This document shows positions 1 through 10,160 of a stretch of 64,000 nucleotides of DNA, in pieces. A model generated the notes under the pieces. That model was not told where the DNA came from, ran no database searches, and saw nothing but the letters and a program-made list of their open reading frames with translations. The translations under genes and the position numbers were made by a program. Each line of letters opens with the position of its first letter. Within the stretch, counting starts at the first letter, position 1. The stretch is from a virus (Duplodnaviria; Caudoviricetes), in IMG/VR virus record IMGVR_UViG_3300014204_000120, positions 73,850-137,849 of that record; one strand, given 5' to 3'.

Positions 1-367
1 TCCTATTTGTTGTGCATCTGGTTTAGCAGTATTAAATGAATTAGATAGAATAATCAAATCAAATAAATTTAGACAAAATATTAATTGTTTTGAAACATAT
101 ATTGAAAATATTAAATGTAGACATAATTTTTCATCGATTTTATTAGAAGTTAATTATTGTGGAATGGTAGCAGGGTTTGTATTTAAAAATAAAACAATTG
201 CTGATAATGTTTGTGATATTTGTGTTAAGAAAGGATTATTGCCGGTTCATACAGGAAGGGAATCAGTAAAGATAGGACCTCCGTTAACTATTACACAAGA
301 TCATTTAACTAAAGGTCTTATGATTTTTGATAATGCAATTGCTGATGTTTGGAGAAATAATATATGA
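1..367 (+). CDS. Class III aminotransferase, C-terminal part (truncated by the window edge)
   Basis: The frame of track ORF 164..367 is open back to nt 2 (PICCASGLAVLNEL...GMVAG...VKIGPPLTI), a typical class III PLP aminotransferase C-terminus. Confidence 0.7.
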   Translation, partial: PICCASGLAVLNELDRIIKSNKFRQNINCFETYIENIKCRHNFSSILLEVNYCGMVAGFVFKNKTIADNVCDICVKKGLLPVHTGRESVKIGPPLTITQDHLTKGLMIFDNAIADVWRNNI

Positions 368-1011
368 ATTATGTTGAAATAACTTATAAAAATCATGATT
401 ATACATCTTATCCATATAAGTTAATAGATTATTTATTTAAGAGATATCATTTAAAAGAAGGTCATAATTTATTAGATATAGGGTGCGGTAGAGGAGAATT
501 TTCAAAAGCTTTTCAAACAAAACAATTGAAAGTTACTTCTATTGATAGAATTTATAATGAAGATTATCATAAAGATTTAAATTTTTACAAATTTGATTTA
601 GAGAAGCCAATAAAGATAAAATCGACTTTTGATATTATATTTTGTAAATCTGTTTTAGAACATATAGTAAATCAAGAAATATTTATGAATTCAATTAAAA
701 ATTTAATGAGTAAAAATGGATTAATTATAATGTTAGTTCCTGATTGGGATAATCAAAAAAATATTTTTTATGATGATCCTACTCATATACATCCTTATAA
801 TCAAAAATCCATGAAGGATTTATTAGAAATATATGGATTTAAAAATGTTCAATCCGAAAAGTTTTATCAATTACCGTTAGTTTGGAAATATTATATGTTT
901 AAAATACTATGTAAGTCTATAGGATTAATTTTAAAACCAGAGCATTATTTAAAAAATAAAACCTTACATTGGGCAGTTGAAAATATGATACTAGCAACTG
1001 GGAGAAAGTAA
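364..1011 (+). CDS. Class I SAM-dependent methyltransferase
   Basis: LLDIGCGRG motif I; FDIIFCKSVLEH; DPTH. Confidence 0.85.
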   Translation: MNYVEITYKNHDYTSYPYKLIDYLFKRYHLKEGHNLLDIGCGRGEFSKAFQTKQLKVTSIDRIYNEDYHKDLNFYKFDLEKPIKIKSTFDIIFCKSVLEHIVNQEIFMNSIKNLMSKNGLIIMLVPDWDNQKNIFYDDPTHIHPYNQKSMKDLLEIYGFKNVQSEKFYQLPLVWKYYMFKILCKSIGLILKPEHYLKNKTLHWAVENMILATGRK

Positions 1012-1013
1012 GT

Positions 1014-1379
1014 ATGAATGTTAGACATTGTGGAATGTTTGTAAAAGATTTAATAAAATCAGTTAATTTTTATAAACAATTAGGATTTGTTGAATATTAT
1101 AATAATATTGAAAAATGGAATTATTTTGGAGAATTGAAAATATCGAAACTTAAATCAGAAAATGGATTTAATATTGAATTAATTGAATCTGATAAAGTAA
1201 ATGAATTAAACGATAAACATCATATTGCATTAGAAGTTGAAAATGTAGATGATATTTATAATAAATTAAAAGATAATTTTAATTTTATTATAACACCAAC
1301 AATCTCGCCAGATGGATCAGCAAAGGTTGCTTTTTTTAAAGGATATGAAAATTATATTGAATTGGTTGAAATATTATGA
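1014..1379 (+). CDS. VOC/glyoxalase family protein
   Basis: HCGMFVKDL..SVNFY..LGF, IELIE, HHIALEVENVD, YIELVE. Confidence 0.85.
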   Translation: MNVRHCGMFVKDLIKSVNFYKQLGFVEYYNNIEKWNYFGELKISKLKSENGFNIELIESDKVNELNDKHHIALEVENVDDIYNKLKDNFNFIITPTISPDGSAKVAFFKGYENYIELVEIL

Positions 1380-2770
1380 ATAATTTAAAAAAAAAGATTC
1401 TGCTAATAGTGTATGATAATGGATCGTATATACACAATTTTCCATTAGGTACGGCTTATATAGCTGAGTATTTAAAACAACATAAGCATCAAGTAACTAT
1501 TTATAATCAAGATGTATTTCATTGGGAAGAATCTCATTTAACTAATTATTTAGATAATAATAAATTTGATTATGTTGGATTAGGGTTTATAGCTGGTTAT
1601 TATCAATATAAAAAAATTCAATTAATCTCTAAAGCTATTAACGCATCAAAGAATAGATTAAATTTTAAGTTTATATTAGGGGGCCATGGTCCTTCACCAG
1701 AACCTAATTTTTTTTTAAAGAAGTTACAAGCGGATTATATTGTAGTTGGTGAAGGTGAAGTTCCATTTCTATTTTTAGTTGAAGGGCGAAACCCTAGTGA
1801 TATAGATAGTTTAGTTGGGTTGGATTTTAATAATAATGATAAACGTGATAATGTAATAAAAAATATTGATGATTTACGACCTAATTGGGATTTATTTCCT
1901 ATTGAGAATTATGTTTTAGTTAGAGAGTTTGGATTTAAAAAAACAGCTAGAGTTATGTCTATGGTTTCGGGTCGTGGATGTAATTTTAGATGTAATTTTT
2001 GCTATCGTCTTGATAAAGGATTAAGAATTAGATCAAATGAAAGTATTATAGATGAAATTAAATACTTAAAGAAAACTTATAATATAGATACTATTTCTTT
2101 CTTAGATGAACTATTAATGTCATCTGAGAAAAGAGTAATATTATTATGCGAAGAATTTTTAAAGAATAATTTAAATATACAATGGGAATGTAGCGGTAGA
2201 TTAAATTATGCTAAAAAAGAAGTATTAAAATTAATGAAAAGAGCCGGATGTGTATTTATTAACTATGGTATAGAATCTTTAGACGATAATGTTTTAAAAA
2301 ATATGAATAAGTGTTTAACTGTTGATCAAATTATAAAAGGTGTAGAAGCTACTAAGGAATTAGATATTAATCAAGGTCTAAATATAATTTTTGGAAATAT
2401 TGGAGAAACTAAAGAAATATTAATGAAAGGTGTAGAGTTTATTAAAAAATATGGAGATGGATGTCAATTAAGAACTATTAGACCTGTTACTCCTTATCCT
2501 GGATCTCCTTTGTATTATAAAGCTATTAATGAAGGATTGCTTAAAGACGTTGAAGACTTTTATGAGAATAAACATTTAAACTCAGATTTAATGTCAGTTA
2601 ACTTCACAAATTTATCTGATAATGATTTTTATGAAGCTTTAAAGGAAGCTAATATTGAATTGATTAAGTTTTATTATAGTAAAAATAATGACGAACAAAG
2701 TGTAATAGATCAATGTAAAAACTTGTATGATAACAAAGATGTTAGCTTTAGAGGATTTAGACAGATGTAA
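1376..2770 (+). CDS. B12-binding radical SAM enzyme (class B methyltransferase-like)
   Basis: N-terminal PLG.AYIA/GGHGPS/GEGE cobalamin-binding domain; GRGCNFRCNFC; GIES; TPYPGSPLY. Confidence 0.9.
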   Translation: MNNLKKKILLIVYDNGSYIHNFPLGTAYIAEYLKQHKHQVTIYNQDVFHWEESHLTNYLDNNKFDYVGLGFIAGYYQYKKIQLISKAINASKNRLNFKFILGGHGPSPEPNFFLKKLQADYIVVGEGEVPFLFLVEGRNPSDIDSLVGLDFNNNDKRDNVIKNIDDLRPNWDLFPIENYVLVREFGFKKTARVMSMVSGRGCNFRCNFCYRLDKGLRIRSNESIIDEIKYLKKTYNIDTISFLDELLMSSEKRVILLCEEFLKNNLNIQWECSGRLNYAKKEVLKLMKRAGCVFINYGIESLDDNVLKNMNKCLTVDQIIKGVEATKELDINQGLNIIFGNIGETKEILMKGVEFIKKYGDGCQLRTIRPVTPYPGSPLYYKAINEGLLKDVEDFYENKHLNSDLMSVNFTNLSDNDFYEALKEANIELIKFYYSKNNDEQSVIDQCKNLYDNKDVSFRGFRQM

Positions 2771-2784
2771 TAAGGAGTAATATA

Positions 2785-3576
2785 ATGATAGGTTTAACAA
2801 CAGTTAATATTGAACTAACAAGTAGATGTAATAAGAATTGTTGGATGTGCGGTAGAAGGAAAATTGATAGAGATTTTCCTGAGATTAGTATGAATTATGG
2901 TGATATGGATTTTGAATTATTAGAAAAAATAGCTTTGCAAATTCCAGACGGTATTATTGTTCAAGCTCATAATAACGGGGAGCCCTTAATGTATCCTCGT
3001 CTAGGTGATGCTTTGAAATTACTAAAAGGAAAAATAAGATGTTTAGATACTAATGGTAAGTTATTATTAGAGAAGTTTGATCAAATAGAAGGTAATTTAG
3101 AATCTATAACTATATCTACGTTTCAAGATGATACAGAATGGGAAGAACAGTATAACATATTAATTGATTATTTAAAGATAGTAAACCATAAACACTATGT
3201 TATTATTAGAGTACTTGGTGAAGTAGGTGAAAAAAGATTACAACTATATAAAGATACTGGATGTTTGATAGCTTATAGAACTCTTCATTCTCCTATGGGT
3301 AGTTTTAATTATAAAAAGAAAACAGTAATACCAGAACACGGTTTTTGTTTAGAGATGTTAAGTCATCCAGCTATTAATAGATTTGGGGAAGTTTCAACAT
3401 GTGTTAGATTCGATCCTTATAAAGAATTGGTTATAGGAAACTTAAATAATCAGACATTTGAGGAAATATGGTATGGTAAAAAAAGAATGGAATTAGTACA
3501 TAAACATATAAATTGTGAACGAAATAAAATTCCTTTTTGTTCTAAATGTGAGTTTTATGGAATTCCTAGAGGGTAA
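2785..3576 (+). CDS. Radical SAM/SPASM-domain protein
   Basis: ELTSRCNKNCWMC, GEPL, DTNG; C-terminal C...G.VSTC..D...IGNL...W...CSKC. Confidence 0.85.
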   Translation: MIGLTTVNIELTSRCNKNCWMCGRRKIDRDFPEISMNYGDMDFELLEKIALQIPDGIIVQAHNNGEPLMYPRLGDALKLLKGKIRCLDTNGKLLLEKFDQIEGNLESITISTFQDDTEWEEQYNILIDYLKIVNHKHYVIIRVLGEVGEKRLQLYKDTGCLIAYRTLHSPMGSFNYKKKTVIPEHGFCLEMLSHPAINRFGEVSTCVRFDPYKELVIGNLNNQTFEEIWYGKKRMELVHKHINCERNKIPFCSKCEFYGIPRG

Positions 3577-3583
3577 ATAATAA

Positions 3584-3922
3584 ATGAAATATGTTAAAAA
3601 GCTTTGGGGTGAAGAGCATTGGTTAGCTAACGATGATTTTTGTTGTAAAGAATTAATACTTAAAGAAGATTATAGATGTAGTTTGCATTATCATAAAAAT
3701 AAGGATGAATTGTTTTATGTTATTTCTGGAAAAGTATTAATTGAATTAAATGATATAAAAGAAATATTAATTGAAGGAGATTGGATTAGAGTTAAGCCAT
3801 ACGATAAACATAGATTTACTGGATTGGTAGATAGCGTTATATTAGAAAGTTCAACACATCATGAAGATGGAGACTCATATAGAATTGAACCAAGTGGTAA
3901 ATTTAATAATATGGAGGATTAA
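3584..3922 (+). CDS. Cupin (sugar isomerase-like)
   Basis: KLWGEE.W, CSLHYHKNKDELFYVISG, HRF. Confidence 0.8.
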   Translation: MKYVKKLWGEEHWLANDDFCCKELILKEDYRCSLHYHKNKDELFYVISGKVLIELNDIKEILIEGDWIRVKPYDKHRFTGLVDSVILESSTHHEDGDSYRIEPSGKFNNMED

Positions 3923-4783
3923 ATGAATACTATTTTAGTTTCAGAGATTGGAATTAACGCGAACGGTTCTCTTGAGATAGCAAAAAAGTTAATAGATTTA
4001 GCTGTGTTAGGCGATTGTAAGTTTGTTAAATTTCAAAAAAGAACAGTTGAAGCTGTATATACTAAGGCTGAATTAGATAAACCTAGAGAATCTCCATGGG
4101 GAACAACTAATAGAGAACAAAAGATGGGATTAGAGTTTGGTAAAAAAGAGTATGATGAAATAGATAGATATTGTAAGGAAAAGGGTATAGGATGGTTTGC
4201 TTCTCCTTGGGATATAGATTCTGTTGACTTTTTAATGCAATATAATCCTAAGTATATTAAAGTAGCTTCTGCAATGGTAACTAATGAACCTTTATTAAAG
4301 AAAATTAATGAAGCTATTAAAGGAACACAAACTAAAGTAATTATAGCTACCGGTATGACTACAGAAACTGAGTTGTTTGAAGCTTTATCGATTTTAGGGA
4401 ATAATAATATAGAGTATATATTAGCGTGTACTTCGAGTTATCCTACACCAGTAAAAGATATGAATATGGCTAAAATAGCAACATTACAAGCTAAGTTTTT
4501 AGGAACATCATATAAAATTGGTTTTTCTAATCACTATTCAGGTTTAAAGTTTATTTTTATGGCTGCTACGTTAGGAGCTAGAATGATTGAGTATCATATA
4601 ACTTTAGATAGAACAATGTATGGAAGTGATCAGGCTTCTTCTATTGAACCATCAGGAGTATTAGAAATACCTTGTCATATTGAAATGATTGAAAATGCTT
4701 GGGGAAATGGAAAATTAGAGTGTATGCCTAGTGAATTACCAATTAAGGAAAAATTAAGAAAGAAGTCAACTACCGGCGGATAA
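3923..4783 (+). CDS. neuB: N-acetylneuraminate synthase (NeuB) family, no C-terminal SAF domain
   Basis: SEIGINANG, VKFQKR, KVASA, CTSSYPTP, GFSNH, IEYHITLDRTMYGSDQASS. Confidence 0.85.
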   Translation: MNTILVSEIGINANGSLEIAKKLIDLAVLGDCKFVKFQKRTVEAVYTKAELDKPRESPWGTTNREQKMGLEFGKKEYDEIDRYCKEKGIGWFASPWDIDSVDFLMQYNPKYIKVASAMVTNEPLLKKINEAIKGTQTKVIIATGMTTETELFEALSILGNNNIEYILACTSSYPTPVKDMNMAKIATLQAKFLGTSYKIGFSNHYSGLKFIFMAATLGARMIEYHITLDRTMYGSDQASSIEPSGVLEIPCHIEMIENAWGNGKLECMPSELPIKEKLRKKSTTGG

Positions 4784-4848
4784 ATCTGTGGGCTTGAATC
4801 GTGAGGTTCAACGATTAAAATAGTTGGTTTCATTTCTATATAGAGATC

Positions 4849-5289
4849 ATGATAGAACAAAGTTTATATAATCAAATTGTAGAAAATATGCCAATTTGTT
4901 GTGTGGATGTTTGTATATTAAGAGAAAACGGCGTATTATTAGTTAAAAGAAATACAGAACCTTCCAAAAATGCGTATTGGTTGCCGGGCGGGCGTCTTTA
5001 TAAAAACGAGTTACTTAAAGATTGTGCTTATAGAAAAGCTAAAGAAGAAACAGGAATTGAATGTATAGTAGGTCCAATCGTTCATACAGACGAAACAGTA
5101 TTTGATACAGGTCCGTCTGGTATTCCTATTCATAGTATCAATGTTTGTTTTTTATTGATGCCTATAACATTAACTATTAAATTAGATCAATATAGTGATG
5201 ATTATAAGTGGGTTAAAACAATTCCATTAGATATTCACCCATACGTAGGTAAATGTCTAGAAAAATGTGGTCTTAATTATTATAAATAA
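4849..5289 (+). CDS. NUDIX hydrolase, GDP-mannose mannosyl hydrolase-like
   Basis: PICCVDV, LLVKR..EP....WLPGGRLYKNE....A.RKAKEETG, H.INV, LDQYS. Confidence 0.75.
   Translation: MIEQSLYNQIVENMPICCVDVCILRENGVLLVKRNTEPSKNAYWLPGGRLYKNELLKDCAYRKAKEETGIECIVGPIVHTDETVFDTGPSGIPIHSINVCFLLMPITLTIKLDQYSDDYKWVKTIPLDIHPYVGKCLEKCGLNYYK
5281..5288 (+). promoter_or_regulatory. T4-type late promoter TATAAATA
   Basis: Exact TATAAATA 33 nt upstream of the ATG at 5322; such matches can occur by chance in AT-rich DNA. Confidence 0.5.
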
Positions 5290-5321
5290 TTATAGATCTT
5301 AATAATTAAGGAGAAAATAAT

Positions 5322-5660
5322 ATGTCAGTTATTCAGTTTTTAAAAGAAGCAATTTCAAGAGAAGAAGCAGAAGATTTAGTTAAAACTGTAGCCATTATGA
5401 GTACTGATGGTGAAACAAAAGGAAGATATCTTAATTTAAATAGAGCTAAACGTGGTGAAGTTGAATGGGTTGGCGTTGGTAGTGCTGGGATTTTTTTAAT
5501 GAAAAATAAAATTATAAAAGATATACTACCGACTGTTGCTGATAAAATTGGTAACTATAAAATTGTTTATAAAGATGATATGCCTAGAGATTACGGAAAA
5601 TCTTCATTTAGAGACGAACCAGTAAGAACTTTTACACCTAAAGCTACAACTATTGATTAA
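5322..5660 (+). CDS. Hypothetical protein, putative virion-internal protein
   Basis: RBS aaggag; N-terminus MSVIQFLKE. Confidence 0.6.
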   Translation: MSVIQFLKEAISREEAEDLVKTVAIMSTDGETKGRYLNLNRAKRGEVEWVGVGSAGIFLMKNKIIKDILPTVADKIGNYKIVYKDDMPRDYGKSSFRDEPVRTFTPKATTID

Positions 5661-5678
5661 ATAATATAATTCATTTAA

Positions 5679-5686
5679 TATAAATA
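5679..5686 (+). promoter_or_regulatory. T4-type late promoter TATAAATA
   Basis: Exact TATAAATA in the intergenic gap before the ATG at 5722. Confidence 0.55.
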
Positions 5687-5721
5687 TAATTAGGTAATTA
5701 AACCTATTAAAGGTAGGTGTT

Positions 5722-6000
5722 ATGACTAATTTTATTTCGTATTATTTTGGTGAAGACTATAAAATGCAGTATGACATTGGTAGTTCTTTAAGAAATGAAT
5801 ATGCTAGATATCTAATTTCACAATGGTTTGAAGAAGCTAAACGTAAAAGAGACTTTGATTTGGACCCTAAAGACCTACAAAGAATGGTAGAATTGGTTCG
5901 TCAAAAACATAAATTAGGTGAAGAAGAAATTGAAAATATAGCAGATGAGTTAAAACTAATAGCTCAAGATATTATTAAATCAGCCGAACAGGTAGCTTAA
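5722..6000 (+). CDS. Hypothetical protein with CTS-like N-terminus
   Basis: MTNFISYYFGE. Confidence 0.6.
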   Translation: MTNFISYYFGEDYKMQYDIGSSLRNEYARYLISQWFEEAKRKRDFDLDPKDLQRMVELVRQKHKLGEEEIENIADELKLIAQDIIKSAEQVA

Positions 6001-6001
6001 A

Positions 6002-6862
6002 ATGAGTAAGTTTACTACTTTTTATGAGAAGTTTGCAAAAGGAGTAAAGTCACAATATGGCTATTCCGAACTCTATATTAATCCCAACATTGCTGACCGT
6101 GATGAAATGGTTGGTACTGATATATTTGCTTCTTTTCGTGGTATCATAGATCCTAAAGGAAACTTATATGTGTGGATTGATAAAGCAGCCTTACACGATG
6201 AAGTCTTAGAAGATTTAGGACTTTATAACAACTATAAAGCTATTCCAATTTATATTTATCCGGATGATAAGTATAATGTTATAATAAGTTATTGGTCTAG
6301 ACAAACTGCATCAAATGAAGATAAAAAGTCATATAAAGATAGAGTTTTAAATAATAAGTATCTTAAAGATTTTTTAAATAAACCTATTAGTATAAAAGAA
6401 ACTAATCCATTAAAATCAGATAAAGATATATTTACACCACTTTCAAAAGAGACCGTTCATGAAAGAATGGCATTTAAGAAAAAAATGCTTGGTGATAAAA
6501 ATGAAACTAAACTGTTTATAGACCCTACAGATAGAGAAATACAATATTTACTACAAATTGATAATAGAGGTATTAGAGGCGGTATAGATCAAAACGGTAT
6601 TGTTCATGTATGGAAACTTGATACCAATCCTAAGAAAATCCAACAAGAATTTAAACTTCACTTCATTGCTGATGTTATGTGGGATGCTAATAATAAAGAA
6701 GAAGCTAATATTAAATTATTGGATCCATCGTGGAAAGCCAATACTGTTAATGAAGATCTTTTAAAGAAAATAGATTATGGAATGGTTAATGCATTTTCAT
6801 TTTTAAAATCATACAATATTACTGATTATGCTGGTAAAAATATAATTACCCGTGAGGTCTAA
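6002..6862 (+). CDS. Hypothetical protein with CTS-like N-terminus and a duplicated [ND]P...RG.ID..G...VW domain
   Basis: MSKFTTFYE; two internal copies of the motif; related to 8012 and 15539. Confidence 0.6.
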   Translation: MSKFTTFYEKFAKGVKSQYGYSELYINPNIADRDEMVGTDIFASFRGIIDPKGNLYVWIDKAALHDEVLEDLGLYNNYKAIPIYIYPDDKYNVIISYWSRQTASNEDKKSYKDRVLNNKYLKDFLNKPISIKETNPLKSDKDIFTPLSKETVHERMAFKKKMLGDKNETKLFIDPTDREIQYLLQIDNRGIRGGIDQNGIVHVWKLDTNPKKIQQEFKLHFIADVMWDANNKEEANIKLLDPSWKANTVNEDLLKKIDYGMVNAFSFLKSYNITDYAGKNIITREV

Positions 6863-7374
6863 TGGATAAATTTAATAATTATTATTTCAAAGAAGCTGAA
6901 GAAAAATCTGAAAAAATAGATGAACTTAAAATATTTATTGATTTGGACGGAGTCTTAACAAATTTTACTAAAGCTTTGGATGATTTAAAGATTAAAGAAA
7001 AAGGAATGACCCAAGATGAATTTTGGGCTGCTATTAAAGATAAAGGTGGTATAAGTTTTTGGGAAGATATGGAATGGTTGCCTAATGCTAAAAAACTATG
7101 GAACCATGTTAAAAATCATAATCCAACAATATTAACTTCTCCTGCTAGGTCAACGTATAGTAAAGAAGGTAAAATGTTGTGGATTGCTAGAGAATTAGGT
7201 AAAGATGTTCCTTATGTATTTGATAGAGATAAGTTTAAATATGCTACACAAAACAGTATATTGATAGATAATGAAGATAAAAATATTAAAGACTGGGTTA
7301 AGTACGATGGTATTGGAATATTACATAAGTATCCTGAAAAAACTATAGAGGAACTAAAACGATATGGATTTTAA
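6862..7374 (+). CDS. HAD-superfamily 5'(3')-deoxyribonucleotidase-like protein
   Basis: IFIDLDGVLTNF motif I; ILTSP; GK..W; ILIDN...NI..W...GIGILH. Confidence 0.8.
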   Translation: MDKFNNYYFKEAEEKSEKIDELKIFIDLDGVLTNFTKALDDLKIKEKGMTQDEFWAAIKDKGGISFWEDMEWLPNAKKLWNHVKNHNPTILTSPARSTYSKEGKMLWIARELGKDVPYVFDRDKFKYATQNSILIDNEDKNIKDWVKYDGIGILHKYPEKTIEELKRYGF

Positions 7375-7759
7375 TTCATATTATTTTATTGAGGATTCTT
7401 GTTCTTATAAGTTAGGTAATTGTGAAGTTTTTGCTATTGCTTTATCAGAACTTTTAAATAAACCATTATATGTTGTAAGAGGTTTTTATTGGGATAATAA
7501 TATAAAAGAAAATGTGTATGAAGATTGTCATGTTGTTGTAAAAGTTAGTAATAATAATTATATGGATGTTGATGGAATAAAAAATGAAGAAGAAATTAAA
7601 TTAAGTTGTATGTTTTTGAACGATATTAAAAAAATTAAGTTAATAAAAATTACTAAAGAAGAAGCTAAATTTATATTTTCAACGGAAGGAATTTTAGAAA
7701 AAGATATTGAAAAAGCTAAACAAATAATTTTACAAAATAAGAGTAAATATGGATTTTAA
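7364..7759 (+). CDS. Hypothetical protein (G.C..FA.AL...HVVV...DVDG, papain-like Cys/His/Asp pattern)
   Basis: Motif pattern only; N-terminus MDFNSYYFIE. Confidence 0.45.
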   Translation: MDFNSYYFIEDSCSYKLGNCEVFAIALSELLNKPLYVVRGFYWDNNIKENVYEDCHVVVKVSNNNYMDVDGIKNEEEIKLSCMFLNDIKKIKLIKITKEEAKFIFSTEGILEKDIEKAKQIILQNKSKYGF

Positions 7760-8015
7760 GTTATTTTATTTTTCTAAGCTTATTACTGAAAATGATAGTG
7801 ATTTAGATAGTGATCTGAAATCACTTTTGTTGAAAGGTCAAGAAATAGCTAATAAGTTAAACTTAAAATTTCATGGTTGGCAAGAAGCATTTGAAACATT
7901 TACTGGTGCTTTTGTTTTTACTGATAAGAAAACTCGTAGTACTTTTTTTGCTAAAGATGAAACTGAAGCAGAACAAAACTTAAATAAAATGAGATTAAAA
8001 TTTAAAATATCATGA
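7749..8015 (+). CDS. Hypothetical protein with CTS-like N-terminus
   Basis: MDFKLFYFSKLITE. Confidence 0.55.
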   Translation: MDFKLFYFSKLITENDSDLDSDLKSLLLKGQEIANKLNLKFHGWQEAFETFTGAFVFTDKKTRSTFFAKDETEAEQNLNKMRLKFKIS

Positions 8016-8443
8016 ACAGATTTAATAATTTTTATTATACAGAATCATTTTATAAAGGAAATAACTTTAATACAGATTATTTCAAAGGATATGCTGAAAT
8101 ATATAAAAATCCAACTCATTCAGAATTAAAAGCTATATCTAAAGAATCATATGATAAAGGTATACGTTTTGGTATAGACGATAATAATGACGTATATGCT
8201 TGGATTGAAGATATATTACACGAAGATATTGAAAGATTTTTAAAAACAGAATGGAAACTTAGACTGGAATATACTTTAAATAGAGATACTTTATACTTAT
8301 CATCCGGAGAAACTGGTAAATATTGGAATGATTATGGTAAACCTAAGGTTAAATATTTTAAAGAAATTATGCCTTCAATAAATAAAATTGAAATGGTAAC
8401 TAAACCGTATACAATAGTTTATAATTATGAGGAAGTAAAATGA
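8012..8443 (+). CDS. Hypothetical protein, paralog of the 6002 domain
   Basis: MNRFNNFYYTE; YKNPT..E...IRFGID....YAW....LH. Confidence 0.6.
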   Translation: MNRFNNFYYTESFYKGNNFNTDYFKGYAEIYKNPTHSELKAISKESYDKGIRFGIDDNNDVYAWIEDILHEDIERFLKTEWKLRLEYTLNRDTLYLSSGETGKYWNDYGKPKVKYFKEIMPSINKIEMVTKPYTIVYNYEEVK

Positions 8444-9027
8444 AGTTTTTAGAATATTATTTGTTTCAAGAGGATCCAGAAGTTTCTAATACTTCTGATT
8501 GGCGTGAAAAATATGTTTATCATAGAACTCCAGTTACTAAACAATGGAAAAAAGTTAAGGTAAAAAGTTTACCTGCCGATCTTCAGTGGAAATATGCCCC
8601 TCCGGATGTTAAAATTCAAAGGAAGAAAGCAGGTCATTATGTTTCAGCACAGTCTGTAGGAAGCGGTCCTACATTAACAAATAAGCATGTATTTGATTTA
8701 TATTATTCTGGGAATAGAGAAGGTGGATATAATAATTTTGATAATGGAAAATTGGTAGTAGCAACAGATGATTCAGCTAAGGCTATTGAAATTGAGAAGT
8801 CTGGTCAAATAGTTGCTGTTGCTCATATGGTTCCTTTAGATGCTTTTAAGAAGTATTATTCATATGAAGATGAGGATTGGAAGGATTTTTCTAAGGATAT
8901 GAATGACGAACAAAAGTTTGAAATGATAGATTTTACAGACAATGATGTATATTTGGTTGATTTTGCAGCGTATAAAGATCAGATAGAATTTAGTTTATCT
9001 GAGGATCCTGATAATGAAGTTCAATGA
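8440..9027 (+). CDS. Hypothetical protein with CTS-like N-terminus
   Basis: MKFLEYYLFQE. Confidence 0.6.
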   Translation: MKFLEYYLFQEDPEVSNTSDWREKYVYHRTPVTKQWKKVKVKSLPADLQWKYAPPDVKIQRKKAGHYVSAQSVGSGPTLTNKHVFDLYYSGNREGGYNNFDNGKLVVATDDSAKAIEIEKSGQIVAVAHMVPLDAFKKYYSYEDEDWKDFSKDMNDEQKFEMIDFTDNDVYLVDFAAYKDQIEFSLSEDPDNEVQ

Positions 9028-9460
9028 TTATTATTTTAAAGAGATAGAAATATATGGTAATAAGAAACCTTTTATTACTAAAGATGAAAGTGGTCAGTTA
9101 GAACATTTAGTTGATGAAATAGATTCAGAAGATATTAGAGTTTTAATAGGTAAAGAAAAGTTAGTTAAGACTTTAGGGAATATTGATCAGACTAGTTCAG
9201 AATATGATGGGTGGAGATTTTTATATAGAGATAATGGTAAGATAGTAGGAGCTGTTCAAGGTGTTATTATGTCTGATGGAACTAATGTATTATCAAATAT
9301 ATATGTTAAAGATGAATATAGAAAACAAGGTATTGGAACTAAATTAGTTAATATAGCTAAAGAACATATGAAAAATCTTAAAGCTAGTAATGACTTTACA
9401 GAATTAGGTTATAAATTTTTTAACAAATTAGATAATAAGGATAAATATGTCAATCAATAA
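9014..9460 (+). CDS. GNAT acetyltransferase
   Basis: IYVKDEYRKQGIGTKL acetyl-CoA motif A; N-terminus MKFNDYYFKE. Confidence 0.8.
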   Translation: MKFNDYYFKEIEIYGNKKPFITKDESGQLEHLVDEIDSEDIRVLIGKEKLVKTLGNIDQTSSEYDGWRFLYRDNGKIVGAVQGVIMSDGTNVLSNIYVKDEYRKQGIGTKLVNIAKEHMKNLKASNDFTELGYKFFNKLDNKDKYVNQ

Positions 9461-10151
9461 TTTATTAAAAAATATGTTATATTTGAAAGAATCTGATGTT
9501 TCGTTTCATATTAGTCGTAAGGAAGTGCCATCTGAAATATTAATATGGGCTGATGAAATATTAGGTAAAAAGATTAATTCAAATATTTCTGTTATACAAT
9601 CAGGTGAAATAGAAGCTAAAATGCCTTGGCACGAAGCTGATAGAGAATATTATGCTATGTTTAAATTAATGAATGGTAAAGCTATTAAAACGGAATTTGA
9701 ATTTACAAGAAGTGGAATGGAAGGTGATGGTAATATTACTGGTAAAGAAATTAAAGGTACTACTAAAATACCAACAGGATATATCTTTGCTGTTGCTGGT
9801 ATATATCCACAAAGATTAAAAATATATACTTCAGAGGATGCTACTAAATTTTTACCTGATAAAACTGATAACGATATAACAGATACAGAATTATTAACAT
9901 TGTATTGGGCCAGAAGTCTTATGTCATTTGCTAGACCTAGATTTAAGGAATATGATAATATAGTTAGTTCATTAGTTTCAAAAGGGTTTATGAAAGTTAA
10001 CGGATCTATAACTAGTAATGGAAAAAATGCTCTTAATACTAATATTGATAAAATAAGAACTATATTTAAAGATAAAACGTATGCAGATCCTAAATTATAT
10101 TCTAAGAATTATAATGATTATATGTTTAGTAATTATCCAATAACGTATTAA
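9447..10151 (+). CDS. Hypothetical protein
   Basis: Long ORF overlapping the upstream gene. Confidence 0.55.
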   Translation: MSINNLLKNMLYLKESDVSFHISRKEVPSEILIWADEILGKKINSNISVIQSGEIEAKMPWHEADREYYAMFKLMNGKAIKTEFEFTRSGMEGDGNITGKEIKGTTKIPTGYIFAVAGIYPQRLKIYTSEDATKFLPDKTDNDITDTELLTLYWARSLMSFARPRFKEYDNIVSSLVSKGFMKVNGSITSNGKNALNTNIDKIRTIFKDKTYADPKLYSKNYNDYMFSNYPITY

Positions 10152-10160
10152 AGGTTATAT

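Noticed and set aside
4784-4848. Structured RNA in the gap after neuB
   Set aside because: Only a 6-bp hairpin (aatcgt/acgatt) with no U-tract or known motif
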